Positions 42,006-51,748 of a stretch of DNA of 64,000 bases are shown in pieces. Within the stretch, counting starts at the first letter, position 1, and every line of letters begins with the position of its first letter. Source of the stretch: an uncultured Alphaproteobacteria bacterium (GTDB lineage Bacteria; Pseudomonadota; Alphaproteobacteria; Sphingomonadales; Sphingomonadaceae); assembly GCA_963740775.1 (NCBI GenBank), contig CAVUFE010000007.1, positions 183,148 to 247,147 on the forward strand, read 5' to 3'. The translations under genes and the position numbers were made by a program. The notes below the pieces were generated by a model. The model had not been told where the DNA came from. It ran no database searches and was given only the letters and a program-made list of their open reading frames with translations.

Positions 42006-42080
42006 TGGTGGGCGTAGCAAGGATTGAACTTGCGACCCCTGCGATGTCAACACAGTGCTCTACCACTGAGCTATACGCCC
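42006..42080 (-). tRNA. tRNA-Val (anticodon GAC)
   Basis: GGGCGTATAGCTCAGTGGTAGAGCACTGTGTTGACATCGCAGGGGTCGCAAGTTCAATCCTTGCTACGCCCACCA. Confidence 0.97.
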
Positions 42081-42114
42081 ACGGCCAGCGCCCTTAGCAG
42101 CGCCGACGCCAGTG

Positions 42115-42489
42115 TCAAAGCTCGCCGAAACTCGGGCCCTGAAAAATTCGGTCAACCTCCAGAACCAGGTCGCGGAGATGGAACGGCTTGCTCAGTACCC
42201 GGCTGTTCGGAACGGCCTGGCCGGCGCGCAGCGAAACCGCGGAAAAGCCGGTGATAAACATGACGCGGATGTCCGGGCAAATCGTCGCGGCCTTCTGCGC
42301 CAGTTCGATTCCGTCCATTTCCGGCATGACGATATCGGTCAGCAGCAGGTCGAACCCGCCATCCTCAAGGTGCGGGATGGCCGCGGTGCCGCGATCGACG
42401 GACACCACCTGGTACCCCGACTTTTCAAGCGCGCGCACCAGATACTGGCGCATCGCGGCGTCGTCTTCGGCAAGCAGGATGCGGGCCAT
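42115..42489 (-). CDS. cpdR: Single-domain response regulator CpdR
   Basis: RILLAEDD, LLLTDIVMPEMDGIELA, FITGF, LSKPFHLRDLV; conserved position between tRNA-Val and the N-formylglutamate amidohydrolase gene. Confidence 0.88.
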   Translation of the reverse strand: MARILLAEDDAAMRQYLVRALEKSGYQVVSVDRGTAAIPHLEDGGFDLLLTDIVMPEMDGIELAQKAATICPDIRVMFITGFSAVSLRAGQAVPNSRVLSKPFHLRDLVLEVDRIFQGPSFGEL

Positions 42490-42578
42490 AAAACCTGTGC
42501 ATAGTTCGTGGGAACCCGCGCTGTATGCGTGAAGAATTGAGATTTATCCAGCGTTTATGCGTAACGGGGAGGGTGAAT

Positions 42579-43377
42579 ATGTCGTCAGTACTTTCGCCCG
42601 CGCCGTCGCCCGTCGTCATCAGCGTCGCCCATGCCGGGCGCGAGTATGGCGATTTGGAGCAGATGGCACGCGTGCCTCTCACCGAATTGCAACCGCTGGA
42701 AGACCGGTACGCCGACGCGCTGGTCGATGTCGAGTGGCCGTACCGAACGATCGTATTCGACCGGCCACGTGCCTGGATCGATGTCAATCGCGAGCCCCAC
42801 GATCTCGACTCGTCGATGGTGGTAGGGACCCCGGCGCGGATACTTTCCCCACGCGCGCGCAGTGGGCTCGGGCTCGTCCCGCGGCGCTTGGCTGGAGTGG
42901 GAGAGCTGTGGCGCCGACCGTTAACTCGCGCCGAGCTTGATGCGCGGCTGTTCGACTATCGCGCTTTCCACGATGCTGTCGAGCAGGCCCTGGCAGGCGC
43001 GCGCGCGGTCACATGGCCGTGCCGTCCTGCTCGACCTTCACTCGATGCCACCGTTGGGGAGTGGAATGCAGGCTGTCCTCGGCAACGCTCATGGTGCCAG
43101 TTGTGATCGTGGCACCACGGACGCGGTAGCGCAGATATTACGCGCGGCGGGACTAACAGTGGCGATCAACCAGCCTTATGCCGGCGGAGCGATCGTTCGC
43201 CGCCACGGACGCCCCGCGCTAGGTGTACAGGCATTGCAGCTCGAGTTCGACCGCACGCTCTATCTCGACCCGGCGCTCGGCCATCCAGGCCCTCACGTCG
43301 GCCACATCCGCAGGCTCGTCCAGTCGATCGCCGAAACGCTTGCGGCCAGTGAGGCGCTGCCGATTGCAGCAGAGTAA
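42579..43377 (+). CDS. N-formylglutamate amidohydrolase, frameshift near 43010
   Basis: SVAHAGR, LEDRYAD, RAWIDVNR, GLGLVPR, LLDLHSMP, NQPYAGG, LQLEFDR. Confidence 0.88.
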
Positions 43378-43476
43378 AAAAAAGCCACCCCGCGATTACG
43401 CGGAGTGGCCAAGTTCAGGGAGGAGCGCGCCGTAGCGCGCTATCCAGCCGCGAAAGGGGGGACGCGGCGGACAGAT
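43376..43476 (-). ncRNA. MmgR/suhB (alpha-r8)-family small RNA
   Basis: CTCCTCCCTGAACTTGGCC core followed by a terminator hairpin and T-run; convergent with the N-formylglutamate amidohydrolase gene (the known mmgR context); upstream CTTGAA-N16-ATTAGT promoter. 5' end approximate. Confidence 0.75.
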
Positions 43477-43520
43477 GTGTAACTAATGATCGTTGATTTG
43501 GGTTTCAAGTCCGGGCGAAA

Positions 43521-44100
43521 TCAGTGAGATTTAGTTGCGCGTAGCCACGGGAGGATGCGCTCGACGGTGCGATCACGATCCAAGAAATAGTGTTTCGCTG
43601 CACCCGCCAGGTGAAGCACGAGCAGTGCGAGGGCGAGCCAGCCAAGCTGCTCGTGGCGCTCGGCATAGATCCCGGCAGCGGCTTGATCCTGCCCGACGGG
43701 GAGATAGGGGATTGGGAAAATCCCATAGAAGTCGAGCGCATATTTGCGCTTTCCGGCGGACGACATCAGCCACCCGGTCAGCGGCAGGGCGAGCATCAGC
43801 GCATAAAGCAGCCAGTGCACCGCGTGTGACATGCCCTTTTCCCAGGACTTGACGGTGGCGGGAAGCGGCGGCGGCTTGTGCGTCAGGCGCCAGGCAATGC
43901 GGCCGAGCGTCAGCACGATGACCAGTATGCCTGTCGACTTGTGAAAGCCCATCGCCAGTCGACGCATGTCGGCACCCGAACCCGTCATGCAGGAAGCCGA
44001 TGGCGAGATTGGCGATGATGAGCAGGCCGATCGTCCAGTGGAACAGGATCGCGCCCTTCGAATAGAAGCTGCGTGATCCGTCGATCGGCCGCTCGTCCAT
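43521..44100 (-). CDS. Cytochrome b561 (CybB/YceJ family), frameshift near 43985
   Basis: AILFHW, FHKSTG, VHWLLY..LPLTG, HE...LHLAGA: four His-bearing TM helices. Confidence 0.85.
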
Positions 44101-44111
44101 CACCTGTTGTG

Positions 44112-44891
44112 TCACGCTTGCGTGGTTGCCGGTCCGGGCGCTGGTGTTTTGCCCTGAGCGATTTGCCGCGCGAAGATTTCTCGCATGATCGACAAGGAAA
44201 AGAGGTGGGCGTGGACCAGCGGGAGCAAGCCCGACTGAACCATCTTGCGCAGCACATCGCCGCGCAGGCCGCGCAGTTTCTCCTCATTGATCATCTGGAA
44301 CCCGCGATAGACCACCGGCTCGCCGCCTTCATTCTGCTGAATGGTGACTTCGCCCTCCATCAGCAGGTCATTGTCCTTCAGTTCCTGAACGAAGGCGGCG
44401 GTGCGCTGGCCGGCCTGTTCGAAACCTTCGAGAAACTGCAGCAGCGCCTTGGTCTGATCGCTAATTTCCTCCCCGTCGAAGATCGCGTCACCCTCGTCAC
44501 CCTCGACGATGCCGCCCGACGTGGGATCGACGCACAACGACAATTCGTCGCTGTCCGGCCGCAATTTCGCCAAGAGATAGGGGTAGCGGCGGATATAGGC
44601 CGGGACATAGATGTCGTCGCCGATCTTGCCTTCGTCATCGATGAAGGTGTTGATGCCTTCGTTCAGGCCCATCAGTGCCAGCGGCACCGGAGTTTCGCCC
44701 GAAGAAAAAATGATCGGGAAAAAACGTTGGGCAACGGCGAATTCGTCGATGGTCAGCGGCACAGCGTGTTCGGTCTTGAGGAACGGCGCGCTGTCGAGCG
44801 GCTTGTACCGCCAGTTGGCATGCTCTTGCTGCGACAGGGGAACCAGGTCCTTGTAGAACAGCGGCAATCCTTGGGGGGCCTGGCTGGCCAT
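44112..44891 (-). CDS. SapC-family protein
   Basis: LPLFYKDLVPLS, HAVPLTIDEF, YVPAYIRRYPY, GFQMINEEKL, HAHLFSL. Confidence 0.82.
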   Translation of the reverse strand: MASQAPQGLPLFYKDLVPLSQQEHANWRYKPLDSAPFLKTEHAVPLTIDEFAVAQRFFPIIFSSGETPVPLALMGLNEGINTFIDDEGKIGDDIYVPAYIRRYPYLLAKLRPDSDELSLCVDPTSGGIVEGDEGDAIFDGEEISDQTKALLQFLEGFEQAGQRTAAFVQELKDNDLLMEGEVTIQQNEGGEPVVYRGFQMINEEKLRGLRGDVLRKMVQSGLLPLVHAHLFSLSIMREIFARQIAQGKTPAPGPATTQA

Positions 44892-44923
44892 TCAACATAC
44901 TCCGAAAAAAATGATGCGGTGCC

Positions 44924-46352
44924 CTATGGCCGCCCTGCGCATGGTGCAAGGGGCGGGATAAGCTTGCCGGGGTTGAGCAGGCCTTGCGGATCGAGACCGT
45001 CCTTGATCGCACGCAGGGCGGCCAGGCGGCCTGCACCCCCGGTGCGCGCGAATGCATCAAGCTTCATCTGGCCGATGCCGTGTTCAGCGGAGATCGAACC
45101 CCCGGCATCGGTGACCAGGTCATAGACCAGAGCCGAAATGGCCTTTCCCGGGTCGGCGCGCCAAGTGGTGCCATCCGACCCCTTGGGGGCGTTGACGTGA
45201 AAATGGACATTGCCGTCGCCGAGATGCCCGAAAGACCCCACGGTCACCCCGGGGAAGTGTGCCTCGACGGTTGCGCCGGCACTTTCGATGAAGCAGGGCA
45301 TCGCCTCGACAGGCACCGAAATGTCGTGCGCCAAGGTTGGCCCCTCGGTGCGTTCGGCCTCCGAAATCGAATCGCGGATACGCCAGAAAGCGGCGGCCTG
45401 CGCCTCGCTCGCGGCGATCGTTCCGTCGACGATGAGGCCGCGCTCTGCGGCATCCTCGACCAGAATGGTCATGCGGGCGGCTGCGTCGTCACCGACATAA
45501 TCGACCAAGACATGCCAGGGGCATGAACCTTCGATCGGCCGCCGCGTGCCGGGAATGTGCTTGAGCACCAGTTCCAAGTCGTGCGCCGGGATGAGTTCGA
45601 AACTCTCGATTGCGTTGCCACTCGCCGCCTCCATCGCACGCAACAGGTCGAGAGCGGCATGCGGGGAGGCGACGCCCAACCAGGCGCTTGCGCTGTCTGC
45701 GACTGCCGGCACCAGTCGCAATGTCGCCGCAGTCACGATGCCCAAAGTGCCTTCCGCACCGATCAGCAACTGAGTCAGATCGTAGCCGCGATTGTCCTTT
45801 TTCAGAGCTGCCAGTCCGTCATAGACGCTGCCGTCCGGCAGGACCGCCTCGATCCCCGCGATCAGACCGCGCATGGTGCCGAAGCGCAGAACTTGCGTGC
45901 CGCCGGCATTGGTCGAGACAAGTCCACCGACTGTCGCCGATCCGCGCGCGCCCAAAGTCAACGGGAAGCGCAGCCCCGCGGCGTCCGCCACCCCGTGCAG
46001 ATGTTCGAGAATGACGCCTGCTTCGACAACTGCCAGCCGCGCATCGTTGTCGAGTGAGCGCACGGCGTTCATGCGACGCAGCGAAAGGAGGATTGCCGTG
46101 CCGCTGGCATCTGGGGTCGCGCCCCCGACCATCGACGTGTTGCCGCCTTGTGGCACCACCGGCGTGCCTGTCTCTGCGCGCAATGCGCAGCACCGCCGCG
46201 ACTTCGGCAGTCGAACGCGGCTCGACAAGGCCCAGCGCTTGGCCGTGATAGAGCCCGCGCCAATCGTGCAGCCACGGTGCCATGTCGTGGGGGTCGACGT
46301 TGACCCGATCGCCGCCGAGTGCGCTTCGTAGTCGGTCGAGGATCGAATTCAT
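44924..46352 (-). CDS. FAD-linked oxidoreductase (D-2-hydroxyacid dehydrogenase-like), frameshift near 46190
   Basis: PQGGNTSMVGG, STNAGG, KDNRGYDL, GAEGTLGI, FGHLGDGNVH, ISAEHGIG, LNPGK. Confidence 0.9.
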
Positions 46353-46405
46353 GGCGTGTTCAACCGCTTGACCCCAAAGGCGCCGCTCGCAATGAGCAAC
46401 CCGTC

Positions 46406-46831
46406 TTGACGATTTTCGCCTACGTCCTTGCCATGGTCGCCGCAAGCGCGGGTGACGAGCCCGTGGAATTGGCCCAGCTGACGATCCGTCAGCGGATCGT
46501 GATTCGCGTTCCCGCGTCGCCATACACCGCGCCCACGCGCCCGACCGCCCGATTGCGCTGGAAGGAAAAGCGCGGGCCCAAGTGTATCCCGGTGAACGGC
46601 CTCGCGGCGGCGGCCGTGTTCAAGGCCGATGCCGTCGACCTGATGCTGCGCGGGGGAAAACGGTTGCGCGCGCTGTTGGACGATGAGTGCCCGGCGCTCG
46701 ATTTCTATTCCGGGTTCTACATCATGCCGAGTTCGGACGGCAAAGTCTGCGCTGGGCGGGACGTCATTCACAGTCGCGCAGGCGGCAAGTGCAGTATCGC
46801 CAAGTTTCGCACCCTCGAGGTCGATAGATAG
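46406..46831 (+). CDS. Hypothetical exported protein with four Cys
   Basis: TTG start, hydrophobic N-terminus, KCIP, ECPALDFYSGFY, VCAGRD, KCSI; GC3-rich codons. Confidence 0.6.
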   Translation: MTIFAYVLAMVAASAGDEPVELAQLTIRQRIVIRVPASPYTAPTRPTARLRWKEKRGPKCIPVNGLAAAAVFKADAVDLMLRGGKRLRALLDDECPALDFYSGFYIMPSSDGKVCAGRDVIHSRAGGKCSIAKFRTLEVDR

Positions 46832-46893
46832 CTTTCCTTGACTTCGCGCCCCTGCGCCCGCATCGCCACCCCGTCTTTACATCGGGCGCCAAA

Positions 46894-48295
46894 ATGAGTT
46901 TCGCCGACCTCCATCTTTCCGACGAGCTGCTGCGCGCGATCGACGAATTCCGGCTATACGGAGCCGACGCTGATCCAGCAGCAGGCGATCCCCAACGTGC
47001 TGATGATGCGCGACCTGATCGGCATCGCGCAGACCGGGACGGGGAAGACGGCGGCCTTCGTGCTACCGATGATCGACATTCTTGGCAGTGGGCGTGCGCG
47101 CGCGCGAATGCCCCGCAGTCTGATCTTGGAGCCGACACGCGAACTCGCCGCGCAAGTTGCCGAGAATTTCGAGAAGTACGGCAAGTACCACAAGCTTTCC
47201 ATGGCGCTGCTGATCGGCGGTGTGCAGATGGGCGACCAGGTCAAGGCGCTCGAAAAGGGCGTCGACGTCCTGATCGCCACGCCGGGCCGGCTGATGGACC
47301 TGTTCAGTCGCGGCAAGATCATGCTGAACGACTGCAAGCTGCTGGTGATCGACGAAGCGGACCGGATGCTCGACATGGGGTTCATCCCCGATATCGAGGA
47401 CATCTGCACCAAGCTGCCTAAGGACCGGCAGACATTGCTGTTTTCGGCAACGATGCCGGCGGCGATCAAGAAGCTGGCGGACAAATTCCTGTCCAGCCCG
47501 AAGCAGGTCGAGGTCGCGCGTCCCGCATCCGCCAATCTCAATATCGAGCAACGGCTGGTGGAGGTGACCTCTCGTGGCAAGAAGGATGCGCTGATCGATA
47601 TCCTGCGTGCCGAGGGCGCGTCGTCGGTCATCGTGTTTTCGAACCGCAAGACGACGGTGCGCGATCTGGCCCAGAGCCTGTCGCGCGCGGGGTTCAAGTC
47701 GGGGCAGATCCAGGGCGATATGGCGCAGGCCGAGCGCATCCGCGAACTCGACCGGTTCAAGAGCGGGGACATAACCGTACTGGTCGCGTCCGACGTCGCC
47801 GCGCGCGGGCTTGACGTGAAGGGCGTTAGTCATGTCGTCAATTACGACGTGCCATGGCATCCTGACGATTACGTCCACCGCATTGGTCGCACAGGCCGGG
47901 CGGGTGCAACCGGCAAGGCGTTCACCCTGGTGACTCCCGAGGATGCCGAGGCGGTTGCCAATATCGAGAAGCTGACCGCGACCAAGATCGAACGTGTCGG
48001 CAAGGCGGCTCCGGCGGCCAAGGTTGCGGTCTCTCCCGGCGAGGCTGAGATACCTGCAAAGCCGCCCCGGGCACGTCGTGAGCGCGCCAAGCCCGCGGCG
48101 AAGGTCGAGGCGGTTGATGCTGCCGAGGCGAAGGTGGCGGCACCGAAGGCTGCGTTTCGCAAGGCCGAGCCGAAGGCATCTGCGGGGTCCAAGCCGGCAC
48201 CCAGCAAATCGGCGCCGCAATCGGGCGATAAGCAGGACGACGACTGGAACGGGCCGGTGCCAAGCTTCCTGAATTTTGGGTTCGACGGAACCTGA
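46894..48295 (+). CDS. DEAD-box RNA helicase (RhlE-like), frameshift near 46950
   Basis: MSFADLHLS, AQTGTGKT, PTRELA, DEAD, SAT, ARGLD, HRIGRTGRAG. Confidence 0.95.
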
Positions 48296-51200
48296 TCAAT
48301 GGAAATCGCGCGAGTTCGGCAGGATCCGGACATCGCGCGGATGACTGCCGCGCGGGGTTTGATAGCGCGACGGTTGAGGATGCTCGAACTCGTCGGCGCG
48401 TGACAAGACCAGCTTGGGCTGGTGGTCTTCCGACAGCAGTTTCAGATCGCCGGTGCGGTCCCAGACACGGTCGACCATCAAATGCATGACGCCTTCGGGG
48501 CTGCGCTGTACCTCTCCTTCGGCAAGCAGGACGCGCGCGGCCATGACTTCCAGTCGATAGCGTTCGAACGTCCGCGCCCATAGAACGAGGTTGCACACGC
48601 CGCTTTCGTCCTCCAGCGTCACGAAAATCGCATTGCCATTGCCGGGGCGTTGTCGGACGAGCACGACCCCTGCGACCTTCGCGCGGCTGCCGTTGTTGCG
48701 GTCGGCATATTCGCTGCAACTGAGCACGCCTTCATCCGCCAGCTTGCCGCGCAGAAAGGTCATCGGGTGATCCTTCAGCGACAGGCGCGTGACCTGATAA
48801 TCGGCAACGACCTCTTCGCTGAGCGGCATTGCGGGGAGCTGTGCGTCAGGTTCATCGGCGAGTTCCGGCGCGTTGCCATAAGCGAATAACGGCAATGAAT
48901 TGCCGGGTGTGCGCCGCACCTCCCACAATCCTTCGCGCCGGTCGTGGCCCAGCGATTGCAGCGCATCGGCATCGGCTAGCAGCCGCAAAGCTCTGGCGGG
49001 AAGACTGGCGCGGCGGGCCAGGTCTTCGATCGACACGAACGGCGCGTATTTCGTTACAGCCTCGATCGCTTTGGCCCAATCCTCGCTGAAACCATCGATC
49101 TGGCGAAAGCCCAGGCGCACGGCGGGCATGCCCGTATCCATTTCGATACGGTTGTCCCAACCGCTTGCATTCACACAGATTTCACGCACATCGACGCCAT
49201 GTTCTCGTGCATCGCGTACAAGTTGCGCGGGCGCATAAAAGCCCATCGGCTGGGAATTGAGCAAGGCCGCGCAGAACACCGCCGGCTGATAATATTTGAT
49301 CCAGGCCGATACATAGACCAGTCGCGCAAAACTCAGCGCATGACTTTCGGGAAAGCCATAGCTGCCGAAACCCTTGATCTGTTCGAAACAGCGGCGGGCA
49401 AAGTCTTCCTCGTAGCCGCGGGCGAGCATGCCGCCGACCATCTTTTCCTCGAACCGCGGCATCCCGCCGACATGGCGGAACGTGGCCATGGCGCGACGTA
49501 ATTGGTTGGCTTCATCGGGCGTGAAATTGGCCGCGACCATGGCCAGTTTCATGGCCTGTTCCTGAAACAGGGGCACGCCCAAAGTCTTGCCAAGAATGCC
49601 GTGAAGCTCGTCCGCCGGATGCGGCGGGGCGGGAGAGGGAAAGCTCCACGCCTCCTTCTTCTGTCGCCGCCGAAGGTAGGGGTGGACCATGTTGCCCTGG
49701 ATCGGTCCAGGTCGGACGATCGCCACCTGAATTGCCAGATCGTAAAGCCTTTCGGGCACCAGCCGCGGCAGCATGTTCATCTGTGCGCGGCTTTCGACCT
49801 GGAATACGCCGATGCTGTCGCCCTTGCTCAGCATCTTGTAGACGTCAGGATCGTCAGCCATCAGGTCGATTTCGAGCGTATGGTCGCCGAGACCGTTTTC
49901 GCGCATCAGATCAAAAGCCTTGCGCACGCAGCTGAGCATGCCGAGCGCGAGGACATCGACCTTCATCAGGCCAAGTGCGTCGATGTCGTCCTTGTCCCAT
50001 TCGACGAAGGTTCGATCGGCCATCGCGCCCCAATGCAGGGGAACGGTCTCATCCAGCCTGTCTTCGGTCAGCACGAAGCCGCCGACATGCTGGGACAAAT
50101 GGCGCGGCGCATTGAGCAATTGATCGACCAGATATTTGAGCCGACCGATTTCAGGATTGGCGATGTCGAAACCGCTTTGTTCGAGGCGCTCGTCTTCCAG
50201 CTTGTTCGCGAAGCTGCCCCATACCGTCGAAGTCAGGCGCTGTGTCAGATCTTCGGTCAGGCCCAGTGCCTTGCCGACCTCGCGCACAGCAGAGCGCGGG
50301 CGATAATGAATGACCGTCGCCACGATCCCCGCGCGGTGACGGCCATAGCGGCGATAGATGTACTGCATGACTTCTTCGCGCCGCTCATGCTCGAAATCGA
50401 CATCGATATCCGGAGGCTCTTCGCGTTCCGACGAGACGAAACGTGAAAACAACAGCCCGTGCTCAGCCGGATCGACCGACGTGATGCCAAGCAGAAAGCA
50501 GATCATCGAATTGGCCGCCGATCCGCGCCCCTGGCACAGGATGGGTGGGTCAAATTCCCGGGCAAATCTGACGATGTCGTGGACGGTCAGGAAATAGAAT
50601 GCGTAATTGCGCGCACGCACGAGTTCGAATTCCTCGTCGAGCATCGCTCGCGCCTTGTCCGACAAGCCTTCGGGATAACGCTCGCGCGCGGCTTCCAAGG
50701 TGATGTGCTGAAGCCAGTCCATCGGCTCCCACCCCCCGGGTACCGGCTCGTGCGGATATTCGTAGCGCAGCTGGTCGAGCGTGAATTCGATGCGATCGAG
50801 AATGTCCTGCTGTGCGGCGATGGCTTCGGGCGCTCCGCTGAATTCGCTGGCGAGTTCAGCAGGTGGCTTCAAATGCCTTTCGCTATTCGCTTCGAGCAGG
50901 CGCCCGGCATCGAAAATGGTCACGCCTTCGCGGATGCAGGTGACGACGTCGTGCAACGGCCGGTCTTCGCGCCTTGCATAAAGCGGATCACCCACCGCGA
51001 CGAGCGGCACGCCGCTTTCATCCGCGAGCGCTTGTTGAACCTTGAGTGCACGCAAGTGGCGACCGTCATGTCCGGGGGTCACGCCCAACCACACGTTGCC
51101 GGGTGTTGCGCGGGCAAGACGCCGCAGTAGAAATGAAAACGCCTTGCGATCCATGGCGTCACCCGGCGGGCGATCGTCAAGCAATGCTGCCGAACCGAAC

Positions 51201-51748
51201 TGATCGGGCTGAAACTTGTCCGTGTAGCGTTTGCGGGTGGGCATAGCCGTATGGTCTTCGACACGGGCCGCAAACGGTCGCGCGATGACGATGAGGCACA
51301 TATCATCGAGATGGCCGAGCAAGTCGGACAGACGAAGAATGCAGCCCTTTTCCGCGCGCAGGTTGCCGACAGTGAGCAGGCGCGTGAGCCGACCCCAACC
51401 CTTGCGCGTCGTCGGGTACGCAATGATGTCTGGCGTCCCGTCGGCAAAAGCAAGCCGGGCGCCGACGATCAGGCGCAAATCGACTGCGTCGCAAACCGCC
51501 CTTTCATCGGCAGTCAGGGCCTCGGGTTGCCCGCGATGCTTCTTCATCCCCAGCAAGGCTTCTCTTGCTCTGGCTGGGGCATCGCGTAGCGCCACGAAGG
51601 CGCGAACGACGCCGGCGACCGTATTCCGGTCGGCAATACCGATCGCCGAATAGCCCAACCGGTGCGCTTCGCCGACCATGTCAGCAGCATCACTCGCGCC
51701 GCGCAGAAACGAAAAATTGGTCGCGGCGGCGAGTTCCGCCCAGATCAT
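48296..51748 (-). CDS. dnaE2: Error-prone DNA polymerase DnaE2 (ImuC)
   Basis: NFSFLRGAS, GRGSAANS, PPDIDVDFEH, RHLSQHVGGF, FPESHA, C-terminal SRDFH. Confidence 0.97.
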   Translation of the reverse strand: MIWAELAAATNFSFLRGASDAADMVGEAHRLGYSAIGIADRNTVAGVVRAFVALRDAPARAREALLGMKKHRGQPEALTADERAVCDAVDLRLIVGARLAFADGTPDIIAYPTTRKGWGRLTRLLTVGNLRAEKGCILRLSDLLGHLDDMCLIVIARPFAARVEDHTAMPTRKRYTDKFQPDQFGSAALLDDRPPGDAMDRKAFSFLLRRLARATPGNVWLGVTPGHDGRHLRALKVQQALADESGVPLVAVGDPLYARREDRPLHDVVTCIREGVTIFDAGRLLEANSERHLKPPAELASEFSGAPEAIAAQQDILDRIEFTLDQLRYEYPHEPVPGGWEPMDWLQHITLEAARERYPEGLSDKARAMLDEEFELVRARNYAFYFLTVHDIVRFAREFDPPILCQGRGSAANSMICFLLGITSVDPAEHGLLFSRFVSSEREEPPDIDVDFEHERREEVMQYIYRRYGRHRAGIVATVIHYRPRSAVREVGKALGLTEDLTQRLTSTVWGSFANKLEDERLEQSGFDIANPEIGRLKYLVDQLLNAPRHLSQHVGGFVLTEDRLDETVPLHWGAMADRTFVEWDKDDIDALGLMKVDVLALGMLSCVRKAFDLMRENGLGDHTLEIDLMADDPDVYKMLSKGDSIGVFQVESRAQMNMLPRLVPERLYDLAIQVAIVRPGPIQGNMVHPYLRRRQKKEAWSFPSPAPPHPADELHGILGKTLGVPLFQEQAMKLAMVAANFTPDEANQLRRAMATFRHVGGMPRFEEKMVGGMLARGYEEDFARRCFEQIKGFGSYGFPESHALSFARLVYVSAWIKYYQPAVFCAALLNSQPMGFYAPAQLVRDAREHGVDVREICVNASGWDNRIEMDTGMPAVRLGFRQIDGFSEDWAKAIEAVTKYAPFVSIEDLARRASLPARALRLLADADALQSLGHDRREGLWEVRRTPGNSLPLFAYGNAPELADEPDAQLPAMPLSEEVVADYQVTRLSLKDHPMTFLRGKLADEGVLSCSEYADRNNGSRAKVAGVVLVRQRPGNGNAIFVTLEDESGVCNLVLWARTFERYRLEVMAARVLLAEGEVQRSPEGVMHLMVDRVWDRTGDLKLLSEDHQPKLVLSRADEFEHPQPSRYQTPRGSHPRDVRILPNSRDFH

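Noticed and set aside
42540-42560. CtrA box upstream of cpdR (TTAT-N7-TTAT)
   Set aside because: Biologically plausible, but both half-sites mismatch TTAA; too weak to call.
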